Of a stretch of 64,000 nucleotides of DNA, positions 1 through 14,000 are shown in pieces. The notes under the pieces were generated by a model, which searched no databases, was not told the origin of the DNA, and worked only from the letters and a program-made list of their open reading frames with translations. This DNA is from Okamejei kenojei (Eukaryota), in the NCBI GenBank assembly GCA_035221665.1, contig CM069159.1:25544001-25608000 (forward strand). Reading direction: 5' to 3'. Numbering within the stretch: the first letter of the stretch is position 1; each line of letters opens with the position of its first letter. Both the position numbers and the translations under genes were made by a program.

Positions 1-1891
1 ATCGGTTACCAACACATTTTTTTGAACGACTCAAAATGTAGAGATTTATAGCTGCTTGTTTGACAACATATTTAGCAATAAAACTACTGCATTAAACAAT
101 AAAATCCACACTGGTCGACACAAGGAAATAAAATGAGCAACCCGCAGCATGTTTAAAATCATTAGGTCCCAATCATTAAAAATGGCATCTTCTTATGTGG
201 AGACTGCACAACCGTCAGCATACTCAAGCCCTTCATTTTGCTACAAGATTGTAGACCAGGCAGTAATCTCTGTTTTTGGTTTCTCAATTTTTTCACTGAA
301 ATTTGAGAAACCCATTTTTTTTTAAAATTCCGTATATTTGCATTTTGTTGCCTTCCCAGCTGATTAAGATAATATAACTGCCCAAATCTTGGAAATATTG
401 ATCTGGATATTTGAAAAGCAGAAGGAAGTAAATGTGAATTATTTCGGCATGTTTTTTAATATTCATTGCTTCTTGGAATGCTGAAGAACAGAAGGAGAGC
501 AATTGTTCCCAGTGCATGTCAATACCTTTTCCAAGAAGCATGCAAATTAGTCCAACATGTCTGTTTTCCCCTTATTTGCAACAAACACAGTTAGACTACT
601 CTGTCCAGTAAGGGATGGTGAATATATTGCTGTAATTTGCATTTTGGGATGGTGATAACAACAGAACAACAACAGAATCTTACATCTGATACAATGTGCT
701 CTCAGGTTTCTGAAGCCAAGCTCACTTCAGGGAAATATTTGATGTATTACACCAAAATATTATTGTACCAGTATTGTATTATACCAGTAATGAAGGTGCT
801 CCAGATAGTGGGCATGAGGACTATGTAGGAAAATGGTTATGATAGGAAGCTTGCCTAATTGAAGCAGATACATTTCATATGACCCGTCTTGCTAGCAAAA
901 GCTGTTGGGCAAAGCTGTTCTCCTTGGAAAACCAAGGTTTAGTAGGCCTGGCGCTTGCTCTGTTCCAGAACCCAGCTTCTTAAGAAGATTACGATAGAAC
1001 TTTATTTACCCCAGGAGGGAAATGATTTTGCCAGCATTAACTTGTTTGAGCACATCATTATGATGTAGCATCAGTTCTCCTTCAAGAATGCAGTTTCAGA
1101 CACAATGGAAAGTGGGTGCCATGCAGTCTGATAGCTACCAGATTTTGGGTTAAACCTGCACCCGGAAATGGTTCAAAATTGCTAGAGTTTTAAAAGAGAC
1201 CATTGGTGTAGGTGGGGGCGGTCGTGATTGATCGTCTCATAAAGAAAGATTTCATTTACCCCAGGTTTCTCCTGCCCTTGCACAACCAACAGAAATAGAG
1301 GATGTTTTGGAATGTTATTATTTAATCTCCTGATGGAAGTAGGACATGGAGAGCTGAAGGCACTTATTGTTACCAGAGCTCTGTGATGTACCATTCTTGA
1401 ACATGTAGTTTAGGTCAACGTCTTGAGTCTCACTAATAAAAGAAAATTCAATTTCACCTTGCCATTTGCTATTTTAGTGTACAGCACAGTATAAAAATAG
1501 GGTTGGGTACTATTACTATGGTGTATCACATATAGATTCGCCAGCTTGAGAGACTGGCCTGTAGAAAGCCTAATTGGTCTGCAAAAGCTAACCGCAGGGA
1601 GATGACCCAATTCTTATTAATTAATGTTTAAAACCCAGCATTGTAGGGATGGATGTGCAATTGCACGGTACACATTAGATATCATTACAGAGTCTGCAGT
1701 TATTAATTTAAACATCACATAAAACATCATATCGTTCAATAGTAACCAATCGATCACTAAGTGATGTACACTAACGGAAATTGTTCATTGGAAAGTTGAA
1801 CTTTGAAAGATATTTTTCTTCATTTTGAAAATCTGTTCTGACATTACCATCCACCCCTAGATAAGAACAAGGAGACTATGTAGTTGCTCAC

Positions 1892-2011
1892 CTCTTTCTC
1901 ATAGTCTGCGACTTGTTGCATTTTTCTCTGTACTTTATAGAGCTCTTCCTGCACCTGAGCTTTCTCTTGACTCTGGGCATCAGTGATCTGTTTCTGGAGA
2001 CTGAAAATTGC
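1892..2011 (-). CDS. CEP164: CEP164 exon (120 nt, 0-0): AIFSLQKQITDAQSQEKAQVQEELYKVQRKMQQVADYEKE
   Basis: ttctcccaag|...GAG|gtgagc; matches human SSLQKKIQEAQQKEEAQLQ...VAGYEHE. Confidence 0.94.
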
Positions 2012-5000
2012 CTTGGGAGAAGAATAGAAGATAAATTGTTCTGAGAGCCCTCTTACAAAACGACTTATTGATAACTCTCAACCACCCTGCCTGATGTCAT
2101 CTGTTGCCGGCTCTGATTTATCTTGATCTTTTCTTGCTTCCAGTTTCTTCTCCCTACAATCAATCTGAAGAAGGGTCCCAACCCGAAACATCACCTATCC
2201 ATGTTCTCCAGAGATGCTGCCTGACCCGCTGAGTTACTCCAGCATTTTGTGTCCATCTTTGGTATGAAACAGCACCTGCAGTTCATTTTTATTACATACC
2301 AGCTTTACATCAAATAATTTTCACACAGTTCTGGATCTTTTTTTTGGTAAGTCAATATTCAACAGTTAATAATGGTTACCAAAACAGGGAAACTCTTTTG
2401 GGGAAATGAATCTACTAAACAGTATGAGCAAGCGGAATTAACATAGAAGATAAAGCAGAAGCACCCTTGTTGTTCCAACAATGCTTGGTAATTTAGCTTC
2501 CTTGTATTGTGACGGGTGGAGAATTTCCAAGGCAATTTCCCTGAACGCATCAGCACTCACTGCTGTAGCAAATATAATGTACAAAGCCAGTCAGAAAGGA
2601 CAACAATCCTATTTTTTTTAATGAACATGCTCCTTCAAAATTTGCAACATAAAAGCTATTCAATGAAAATCCTACACTTGGTATTACACTTTTTATACAC
2701 AGCAACAGCTTATTCAGACATTGATGGTAATTGATGGTATGCAGCAAGCCTGAAAAAGGGTCCCAACCCGAAACGTCACCCATCCTTTTTCTCCAGACAT
2801 GCTGAGTTACTCCAGCAGTGTCGATCTTCAAGCGCTCCTTTAGTGTGGTTGAGCCAACTGTTCCGTGTAGACTGTTTCAAATTCTGAACAATGAGTAAGT
2901 TCCTCCTTAATATTCATATGCTAAAAAACTGTTTTTATCCACGAGCAGTTGCTCTACTCAACAGCCAAAAATCTGTAGCCTTCCTTTGATCTGGTATTTT
3001 GTTGGTTCACATGCTTGATCAATGGTGTTTTATCATTAATGTTTTATTATTATTAATGTTTAGTGTTTCTGAGTCATTCGTAGGTGTCACTGTCACTGTC
3101 ACTGTATGTTACTTGTGTGCGGAGCACCAAAGCAAATACCTTGTATGTGAATACTTGGCCAATAAACAAACTTACTTACTTGTGTTGAATTTACTCTCTC
3201 TAAATTAGGATACACTAAAGGATAGACACAAAATGTTGGAGTAACTCAGCAGGACAGGCAGCATCTCTGGAAACTCGTGACCGGAAAGGACAAATGTGTC
3301 CTTTATCGTCCATTGAGAAATGGAACACTGTTAGATTACATTGTACTCAATTTCAATGTATTAATCCACCTATGTTACAAGCCTGGCATCTCATATTTTG
3401 GTGCAGTCCTCTACATTGTTAACAATACTGTAAATTCCAACATTCAATATTTCCAATTTAAGATTTCAGTTAATTTATGTACATACTTTAAAATACAAAT
3501 GTATTTCATGACTGCATGGTCTCTCATGAACTGCACAGCCAATGAAGGACCTTAATAGACACTGCTATAAAGTAGAGAATACAGCATCCAATTCAAAAGA
3601 AGAGCAGATCTACAAAGAGCAAAGTGCTATGACAAGATTATTTACCTTCAACCAGCACTAATAAAGATCCATCACCAGAACACCAAAAATAACTCCTGCA
3701 CAACCATTTAAGCAAACACCGTTGATCTTATAAATCAACTCAAAAGAGTGGCTATGGTCTTGAAAGTTGGTGCATTTGATTTTGCAGCGATCCCTCAGTT
3801 CTGCACTTTCACCATACATTTTGCATTACATATTATAGCGCACAATCCAAGGGGAGATGAAAGCTATCAAATAACTTACACATGATAAAAATAATGCATT
3901 TACAATCATTAATTATTTAGAAATATGTACAGTTGTCAAGATGACACATGAAGGGTAGATCAATGCTAACACCAGTGGCATTTATGGTTATATCCCTGAC
4001 ATAAAACCATGCCAATCTGAGTACAGGATGAACAGAAAGGCTGATATCTACGGAGAATGGAGTAAGATCGATGGTCCAAAGTGGGATATTCCATCACTCT
4101 AACATACTTCACCCATTCCCCATGAAGTACAGGGTCAGAATTGATTGGCTGGCCTCTTGGCTTGGACTGGAGTGCAACGTGGGAAGAAAAAAGAAAGGTC
4201 AAGAAACAAAAAAAACACCAACAAAAAATGCTGGGCTCAGAGAATCTCAGCAAAATAAAAGAAACATACTGACAAGTGAAGAAGTGCTGAATAAATAAAT
4301 TATCTTGTAAAGTTTTCTGATGTATACTGAGCATTAACAGCTCATGCACTCGTTATTTTTGATGCACAATAGGATGCTTTCCATCCGATCACCCTGGGAT
4401 TCACTTCTTAGGCCATTATAAGTACCGAAGAACTTGGATTAGGATGAAATAATGATTCATGTGGAGAAATTCCTCTTTGCTGGTGTAAAGTAGATTTACT
4501 GATTCAATTAACCTCTATAGTAAACAAAATGCGAATTGGATTCTTTAATGAAAATACTTATTTTTCTGAACTTTTAACAATCCATATTTTTCTATTAACT
4601 CACTTCTTGATGCTTTTCTTCAGCTGTCATTTTCAAACCCTGAAGGTCAATCGAGTGTTTGTTCTTGAGTTTTTCCAGTTCCTGCAGGAGAAATTACGTT
4701 ACATGAAAAAAAGAAAATTCCTACTTATTCACACCACAAGTGTATTCCTTAAGTCTAGAAAAATTGGCCTGAGCACAGGTTGGAACTGCACATTCCAATT
4801 TTATCATTGTCCGTTTAGATAACTATTAAATCGAACAAAATTACTAATATTCCTGTTATACCACCTCTTGTTGGACATCCTCCATAATAGGATCTCTGGG
4901 ATGCAATTTTGACCGTCTTTTTTTAAATTTATTTTACTTTATTATTTATGACTGTATTCCAGTTCAAATTGGGATACTGAAATATCACAATTTCACTATC

Positions 5001-8000
5001 CCCGCACTTCTGCACTTATCAGAAATGTGTCTACAAATCTATCTCTCTCAAACTTCCCAACAAAGTAATTGTCATTTTGTTCTTTGAATCAAGCCATATT
5101 GCAATTTGATGTTCTAACATAACCATCACTTTCCATGGCTGCAATGTTTCTTTAATCGATATTGCCACTCTTTCTTCTTCAACTCTCACTCTCTCTACCC
5201 CATCTGAAAATCCTGAAACCAATAATATTAAGATGCTATTACTTATCCTATTTGTGAATGCTTTCAATAATTAAAATATTAGTTATGCATATGCCTGTGC
5301 TCCTTACTCATGTTATGCCTCAAAATGCAAGGAGAAGAATTTGCAATTTGACGCATAACATTAGGCACAGCTAGACACCTTGCCTATTTTCTAAACTTTG
5401 TTTTCTCTACCTTCCAAACTTTCACTAACTTTTTACCTTTTATTTTTACTTCTGCTTTTCTCCCTTCAGAATCTATGCTCATATTCCCATCCCCATCTAG
5501 TTTAAACAGAACAAGTACATTTGCCCATGATAATATTGGTCGGCTCAGTTGTGGTGCAATCCATGTTGTCTGACCTGCACAAGAACAAGCCCAATGCCCC
5601 AGTTATCAGCCATCCTTCTTGGACCATCTCTCCAGACGGACAGTCATCTGCACTAGCTTCCTATTTCTACGTTCTGGTGCATAGTAACTGGAAGTAATCC
5701 AAGATTAATACCTTTGAAGTTTTGCTTAATCTCTTTCCTCTTTAAAATCTACCTATATGGCCTTCATCCATTTTTCGACCTACTCCATGAGTACTGAGAA
5801 GTGCGGCACAGCGGCGCAGCAGCAGAGTTGCTGTTTTACAGCCTGGGTTCGATCCTGACTACAGGTGCTGGCTGTATGGAATTTTCCCTGTGACTGCGTG
5901 GGTTTTCTCCGGGTGCTCTATTTTCCTCCCACACTCCATTGGTGTGCAGGTTTGTAGGTTAAGTGGCTTCTCTAAATTGTCTCTAGTGTGTAGAATAGAA
6001 TTAGTGCACGGGAGATTGTTGGTCGGCGTAGACTCAGTGGGCAAAAGGGCATGTTTCCATGCTGTATCTCTAAACATAGAAACATAGAAACATAGAAACA
6101 TAGAAATTAGGTGCAGGAGTAGGCCATTCAGCCCTTCGAGCCTGCACCGCCATTCAATATGATCATGGCTGATTATCCAACTCAGTATCCCGTACCTGCC
6201 TTCTCTCCATACCCTCTGATCCCCTTAGCCACAAGGGCCACATCCAACTCACTCTTAAATATAGCCAATGAACTGGCCTCAACTACCCTCTGTGGCAGAG
6301 AGTTCCAGAGACTCACCACTCTCTGTGTGAAAAAAGTCTTTCTCATCTCGGTCTTAAAGGATTTCCCCCTTATCCTTAAGCTGTGACCCCTTGTCCTGGA
6401 CTTCCCCAACATCGGGAACAATCTTCCTGCATCTAGCCTGTCCAACCCCTAAACTAAACTACTTTGGTTTGCACCAACATGGTTTGGTTTTATGTGGAAT
6501 AATCCATAATTTATTTTATATTTATTTAATGTTGTTATGTTAATGTGCATGTAGTTGCAGCAAGTAAGAATGACTATGATAGAGAAGGCGGAGGAGAGAT
6601 TTAATTGAGGCAAATAATACTACAACGTGCCTAGATAGAATGACTAGCAAGGAACTAGATCCTTTGGGAAAGGGTTATAAATTTGCTGCCTGAATGGGTA
6701 GCAGAGGCTGAACCATCAATGCAATTACCCCATACTTCGATGTGCTTGAAGAACCATGACATGAAAGGCTATGGAACAACCGATGGAAGGTGGGATTAGG
6801 GTAGTCAACTCTTTCAAGATGAGCCGAATGCTCTGCCTCTGTGTAGATTTTGTATGATTCTGACATACAGTGATCGTACCTGTACAATTACTGTGACCAA
6901 GCTAACGACTACCTCCAAGATCATCTGATATAACATTCAGTAATATCTAGTAATCTAGAACAGATAAGCGAACAAGCTTTGGATATTGATGAACTCAAAA
7001 ATGTTCAATTTTAATCTTGAGATTCCATGACAATGTACTTAAATATGTTATCAGGAATTGTAGGCTGAGATTTTCCAGTTATGTTCTCATTTCCATCTTT
7101 CACCGTATTTAACAGAGGGAAATAGCAACAAGCAGTTAAACAGCTGTTTGGGATGTCATTCCCTTAATGTTTCCTTGAAGTTAATACAAATTAAACCAAG
7201 ATCTCATTTCAGTCCAATATAGTCCTAATAAATGGTGTTATCCTAATGAAGAAAGACAAAGACATCACAGACTCAAAATAAAGGGATAAAAAGTGAAGAA
7301 AGTAGTAGGGGCTTTTGGATATAGTATCAATCTTTTAACGTATTTTTCAGCGAAGAACCACTTTCAAACACATTTCACACTCTCAAAGCAACTGGGTCCC
7401 TCAACTTGGGGGTTCAAGTAAAATAATCATGTGATTTCTATGCTAACATTATTATACTGCAACAAATTTAACAGTAACACTGCATGCAATGTTGGAAGTT
7501 ACTTTCAATCTGATTGCTGAATTTAACGTTCAAGTAAATAACAGCATCTTTTCTTTTCATAATGGTCTATTTGGCTTCTTGGATGGCAGAGGAACATAAG
7601 ATGTAAATTGCAAAGGCATTCAGCACTCGGTAATATCCAATACCTTTTTTGTGGAGAGGAAAACCTATTTTCGAGTTTAGTTTAGTTTAGAGATTAGAGA
7701 TACAGCACGGAAACAGGCCCTTCGGCCCATTGAGTCCGCGATCACCTCGTACAGTAATTCTATCCTACACACTAGGGACAATTTACAATTTTACCGAAGC
7801 CAATTAACCTACAAACCTATATATCTTTGGAGTGTGGGAGGAAACCAGAGCACCTGGAAAAAAAAGTCACAGGGAGAGCATACAAACTCTATACAGACAC
7901 CACCAGAGGTCAGAATTGAACCTAGGCCTGCCACTGCGCTAAAGTGCCACCCCAAAACTTCAGTATTACCAATTGCTAAAAGCAGAAACGCACCTCTTCT

Positions 8001-11000
8001 GTGTCTTTTTTAAACTTTTGCCTTAACTCATGAATTGCCTCCACTTTTTTCTCTTCCAGCAGGATCTTCTCTTTGCTTAAGGATTCATCCATCTCTTTCC
8101 TCATCTGCTCTACAAGAGCATGCTTTTCAACTTCTGAATTTTGCTGCTCAGATGTCATTAATGATTTCACTTCTGTTCTAAGCTGCAGCAACTTTTCTTC
8201 CTCCTCTCCCCTGGAATGCAATAAAAACAAAATTGCCTGACATATTATAACAGCATTATAATATATATATATGTATAACGGACAGAATATTACCAAGAAT
8301 ACCTTCAAACAGCTGTTATATTGCCTTTTTGATCAACAACTCTTTGGGAGAGTTATTACTTTAGTTTTCCTTAAACTAAATAAAATCCTTCTTGAGCAAA
8401 GGAAACAATTACTGAAATATAATTTAACTTCTATGTCACATTAGTCAACAAAAGATATTATGCAATGCCTTTTTTAATTAGGTCCAACATGATCTTGCTA
8501 TTTTATGCACCTCATAAATTTGACTTAATAGCAAGAATATTAAATATCCAATTTCAAATATAATGCAATGTTCACTAATTTTTGAGAGGATTAGCTTTTA
8601 AATTAACAATTAATTTTATCATATCATAGGAGCTTACTTCTGAAGTGGCCAAAATGTTTTTTTTTCCTTTTAGTCATTAACAATGTTACATTCACAATAC
8701 CCCATCGCCGATTAAGGAACATTATTAACAAAGGGGAGTAATAAGACTGAAAGCACACCTAATGGGCTCTTATGGATTAACACCATTGCAGGATGTTAAG
8801 TACAATTCAACCTCCTGCATTTTATTAGTTAAAGAAAAGCAACAGCTACATTATTTTTTCCAAGCTATTTTTTTCATGTTACACGCAGCCATTTCCTTGT
8901 TCGTCTGATTGATGTCAATCCCTTAAAACATGTATCTGCTGCAAGTAAGAATTTCATTGTTCCATTGTCAGTACATATGACAATTAAACACTGCACTCTT
9001 GACTTTACTTGAAACAGACTATCAAAGATGTTTTTCTCTCCATTTTACAAGGTACTAAATGCAACTGAGTATTCTGGGAGCTCAGAATAAGACAGCTCAA
9101 TGAGTCTTACAAGCACAGCACCCTTTAGCAATTTTCCATATGACAAGAAGAATGTGTGCAATTGCAGAAAATTGGGACAAAAATTGGACGTCGGCAATCA
9201 GCTGCTCTGTGGTGGTTTATGTCTGTGTCATTTATCAAGGACACGGGTGTAAATTCGAAGCCTCCTCAGTTCTACACCTATTTCTTAAAAAATTACTGAC
9301 CCATTACATAATGACTGAGATATAAATAAATGATATGGGGTAGAAGCAATGGACCTTTTATCCTGTTCATCTACTCTGATGACACTTACCTTATTTCTTT
9401 CTCTGTTCTCTCAATTTCATTTTTAACTTGCTCTCGGAGTTTAAGCAACACACTTCTCTGCTCTTCTTTCAGTCGTGTCTCCACTTCCTCTTGTTCAACC
9501 CTGAGTTTTTCTTTTAGTAACCTTGATGATTAAAAATATAAAACTGTTAAGCTTATTCCATTTCTTTGTCAAATAATTTGTCTGCTTCCATTGGCCGGAG
9601 TAGTCTCATTGAACTATTTCCACAGTCAGACTCTCAAGGTCACTCCATACCCCTGACAACAATTAGGCTGCATAGAATGGTAAGAGTCATTTAGACACAT
9701 TATAAACAACAGTAGTTTAAGGTTGAATCAAGAAGTCTCAGGGTTAAAGATTTGGGGCGGGTTACAAGGTCCATAACTCTAAAAGTTACTTCTTTGTGAA
9801 TAACATTATATGTTATATACATTTAAAATGAATCCTCAAGACTTTTTCGACTGGGGAAATAGGCAAGACATTTTCATCATTTATGCTTAAGGATAAGGGG
9901 GAAGTCTTTTAGGACCGAGATGAGAAAATCGTTTTTCACACAGAGAGTGGTGAATCTGTGGAATTCTCTGCCACAGAAGGTAGTTGAAGCCAGTTCATTG
10001 GCCATATTTAAGAGAGAGTTGGATGTGGCCCTTGTGGCTGAAGGGATCAGAGGGTATGGAGAGAAGGCAGGTACAGGATATTGAGTTGGATGATCAGCCA
10101 TGATCATATTGAATGGCGGTGCAGGCTCGAAGGGCCGAATGGCCTGCTCCTGCACCTAATTTCTATGTTTCTATGCTTCTCTACCTTCCTATGTCAATTA
10201 AAAATAAAGCAATCTTACACAAACAGCAACTTAATCAGGCTACTGGAAAAGTGACGAGATCAGTTGCATTGTTGCTCTATGCATAGCCCGATTTACTCTT
10301 CATTGTTGAGTATACAGTGGGAAATTTGACTGACTCTAATTGATTTCCCTGTAATCACATTTGATTAAAATTATCTTCAGTTGCTGTTAGGTAGATAGAT
10401 ATTATTATAAAAGTTACCCATAGCCTGACTCTACAAGTCATAATGGGATGACCGATTTGTTTTGACGATATTGATTGACTAAGAAATGCTGGCCAGGACA
10501 TTGGGGTGAATCCCTCAACCTTCGCAAAGAGCACCATGCGAAGTGCAATGGCTGTCTTCAGAGAAATGACACTTACAATCGTGCAGCATTCTGTCACTTC
10601 TGTTACGTGTCAGTTTTTGCTTTATCCAGCAGTCTTGTGTAAAAACTCATAACTTTCTCACAGTTTTACCTAAGCCTTTCTTCCTTGCCGTAATACATTT
10701 GCTGTGCTTCCACTTCCTCCTGTTGCTTGAGTTTACAAAGTTGCTCCTCACTCTTTTTGAGCAGCTGATTTTTTTCCTTTACCGGTTCTTTGTTCAACTT
10801 GCCATTGGAATCCTCCTCAGGCTTCTGTGACTGCAGTAGCCTCTTGTCCTTCAGATGCTCCTGATGAGTGCATCTATTTTGAAAGTAAACAGGGTGTGAT
10901 TACCAAACTCATTAAAACAAAATTGTGCAGAAATTATTTCCAAAGTCAACAGAAGCTGAGATGCCATACTGTTGATGTGGTAATAAGGCTATCTTCAGAG

Positions 11001-14000
11001 GAGACCTAGGATATTCCAACAAACCACAGTGAGGCATTTGTTATACAAGGAAATAGATTCTGGTTTATTTAAAAAAAAACAAAGTGCTGGAGTGACTTTG
11101 CAATCAGGCAGCATCTCTGGTGAACATGGATAGGTTACAATTCAGGTCAGGACCCTTCCTCAGACTGATTGTGGTGGGGGTGGGGGAGAAAGCTGGAAGA
11201 GAGGAATGGCAGAAAAAATCCTGGCGAGTTATAGAATACAGGTAAGAGGGGTTTTTGATACAAGGATAGAAGTGGTGCGAATTGTGAAGCCAGAGAATGG
11301 AATATAGGTGGAATGGGGGGGGGGGGGGGGGGGGGGGGGGGGGAGGGGAAAAAAGTCCAGGTGGACAGAGAAATGGTGGTGGGGTGGGGGAGAAGAAAAG
11401 AAATGCTGTTTGTAGGTTAGTTACCTAAAATTGAAGAATTCAATGTTCATACCATCATATCATAAGCTACCCAAGCAGAATATGAGAAGGCGTCCCTCTA
11501 GTTTGTGTGTGGCCTCACTCTGGCAATGGAGGAGGTCCAGGAAGTCTCAGTATGGAAATGGCAAGGGGAATCAAAATATTTAACAACCAGGAGATCTGGT
11601 CGGGTTTGGTGGAGCGACCTAACCAGTGAGGCATATATATGTTAAATTGAATTAGCAGCCTTCCATCTATTTATTTACTTTACCCATGCCGAATCTTCTG
11701 AGACATTTGTGATGTAGTGTAGGCTGATAACCTTTTCTTCTCATTTTAAAAATATGAGAATGACATTCTTATATTGGTGGTAACATCCAATTTCAATTCA
11801 AATACCTTGATGAAATCACTGTTTACTGCACTGACTGTGGTTCTCACCGAGAACAACAGAATAAAAAGCTGAAACACCTTTTCCAAAAACTTTTTCCAAA
11901 ACCCATCAGTCACACAACTTCACGGAATCAGCTCACCCTGACATGACTGTAAATGAGGAAAAACACTTTGGCTTCTCTGCCGTACTCCATTTCCAAGAAA
12001 TAACCATTAAAATCATTGTAATACACATTTTGTGCACATCATATATTACAGGATCAATGACCTAAATTACTCCATGTGATATAAATCAGCTGGAAATTGA
12101 TGTTTACCCTTCAGATGATTCTACACAACGAGAAAGTATTTTTTGTAACATTGAAGATGTCAGAGTGAAGTGGAGCAATAGGTTGAAGCTGCTGCGATCT
12201 CTCAATCTTTGTTTTATATAATAGCCATTGACAATTTTTCTCTGAAAGCTTCTATATAGGTAATCTTTAAACTTTTCAAAAATGACACTTTTACGGACAA
12301 GATTATTCATCCTAACTGCCGAAGCTTTTACCCATTATTATCTAAAGGTGAGATTTTTTTTTGAATTATGATGCTATGAAGCGCACTGCTTGAAAGGACT
12401 GTGGGAGAAGACACAATAGTAACTATGAAAAGGAAATTGAATGTACTTGGAGAGAAAATTGCAGAGCTACAGAGCAGAAGAGTAGCATTGGCATGATGGA
12501 TCAACTGCTGCCGCCACCTTATTGCTAAGTCCCATCATTATATAACAACTGCTTACCCTCTCTGACAGGAGTAACCTGTATTCAACTTCTAGTGTTAAAA
12601 TAGGCTGAGAGTCAATGGGGCGATTGGAACTTAATCAAAATTGTGCAGTATGCAAGAAAATAACATTGAGTTAAGGACATCCTGTCAATAGACAAGATGG
12701 AGCACATGCATTCAGCATCAAAGCAACTGCATGACTCCATAATGCAATGACATAATTTAATCAAAATATAGATGGCTGCAGTTACATTCAGAAGCTGTAC
12801 GTTTCAGAGGGGGCAGGAAGCTGCTTCTGGATGGCCATTAGTTCCACTACACTTCCATTATCCTTAGGCAATCATCATTTTCCTTCTTGTCTGGCAGATT
12901 ACTTAAAAGACTCTTGCCGTTTTCATCTTTGTGTCTGTTATCATGTGTAATCTTCTCATTCGCGCTTCACGGGGATTTAGAAAAAGGGTAAGGACCATGT
13001 GCAAAGGATTCTATTATCATGACAAACCGTTGCAGCTTTCTCATATTATCAAGGCCTGATGGAAGATCCATGGAGATGATGTAGCTTCAGTTATCAGAGT
13101 ACCATGCAGACAGCAGACAAACTGTCAGAAAATCACTGGATTCCTAAGTCACAGACTATGGAGTTGGGAAAGTGCCAAGGGAACAGTTTGCAAACAGACA
13201 GAATTTAAAAATAGTTGGGAACTGATCCTTTAACACTCCTCTCTAAATGATTTCTTCCCTCTCATTCTTTGTCCTGTAGGTAAATCATTTAGTGAAAGCG
13301 CCACACTAATGTTCATGCCCGAAGAGGGTTATTTCATTTCTTTGTTCGTGCACTTCCTTTGCTGATATCAGAAATGGCCACCTGTCTCAAAAAGATTGAT
13401 TCTACTGCAGATCTTCAGCTGTCTCTTATCAAATCAGATTCACATTATAGTTTACCACCTCTTTTATTGGTACGATTCAACTGTACACATCTTCAAATTA
13501 GCTGAATGTTATCAGAACCATTAAATTCCAGTGTTATGCAAGTCAGATTAAACAGCTGTGTTTTATCTCGGACACATTAATCTTGATCATAAAAAGTTGT
13601 TTCACTGTAGTTATTTTTTCCTTTATCGAAAACGGTGTCTGAGACAGGCTGGGAAGATCATCAAGGACCCCTCCCACCCTAACCATGGACTGTTTGCCCT
13701 CCTACCATCGGGGAGGCGGTACAGGAGCCTCAGGTCCCGCACCAGCAGGATGAGGAGTAGCTTCTACAATAACACCATCGTACTGCTGAACTCGGAGTCC
13801 CGCCGATAGATTCCCACATCTGTATTTATTTATCTGTATTTATCTAAACATTGCTATCACTACGTACTGACACTAAACTGCATTTCGTTGTACCCATACT
13901 TGTATCTGTGCAATGACATTAAATTTGAATTGAATTGAATTGAATTTGATTTCTTCTGTGGGTCACTGCAGTTATGTGCTAGTTGCAGCAGGTAAAAATC

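Noticed and set aside
5803-5860. tRNA gene
   Set aside because: SINE head; no full cloverleaf and continues into SINE body
12108-12241. Possible phase 2-2 CEP164 exon (RLRDRSSFNLL...ESSEG) with donor GG|gtaaac
   Set aside because: Poor polypyrimidine tract and no resemblance to CEP164 composition; not needed for frame
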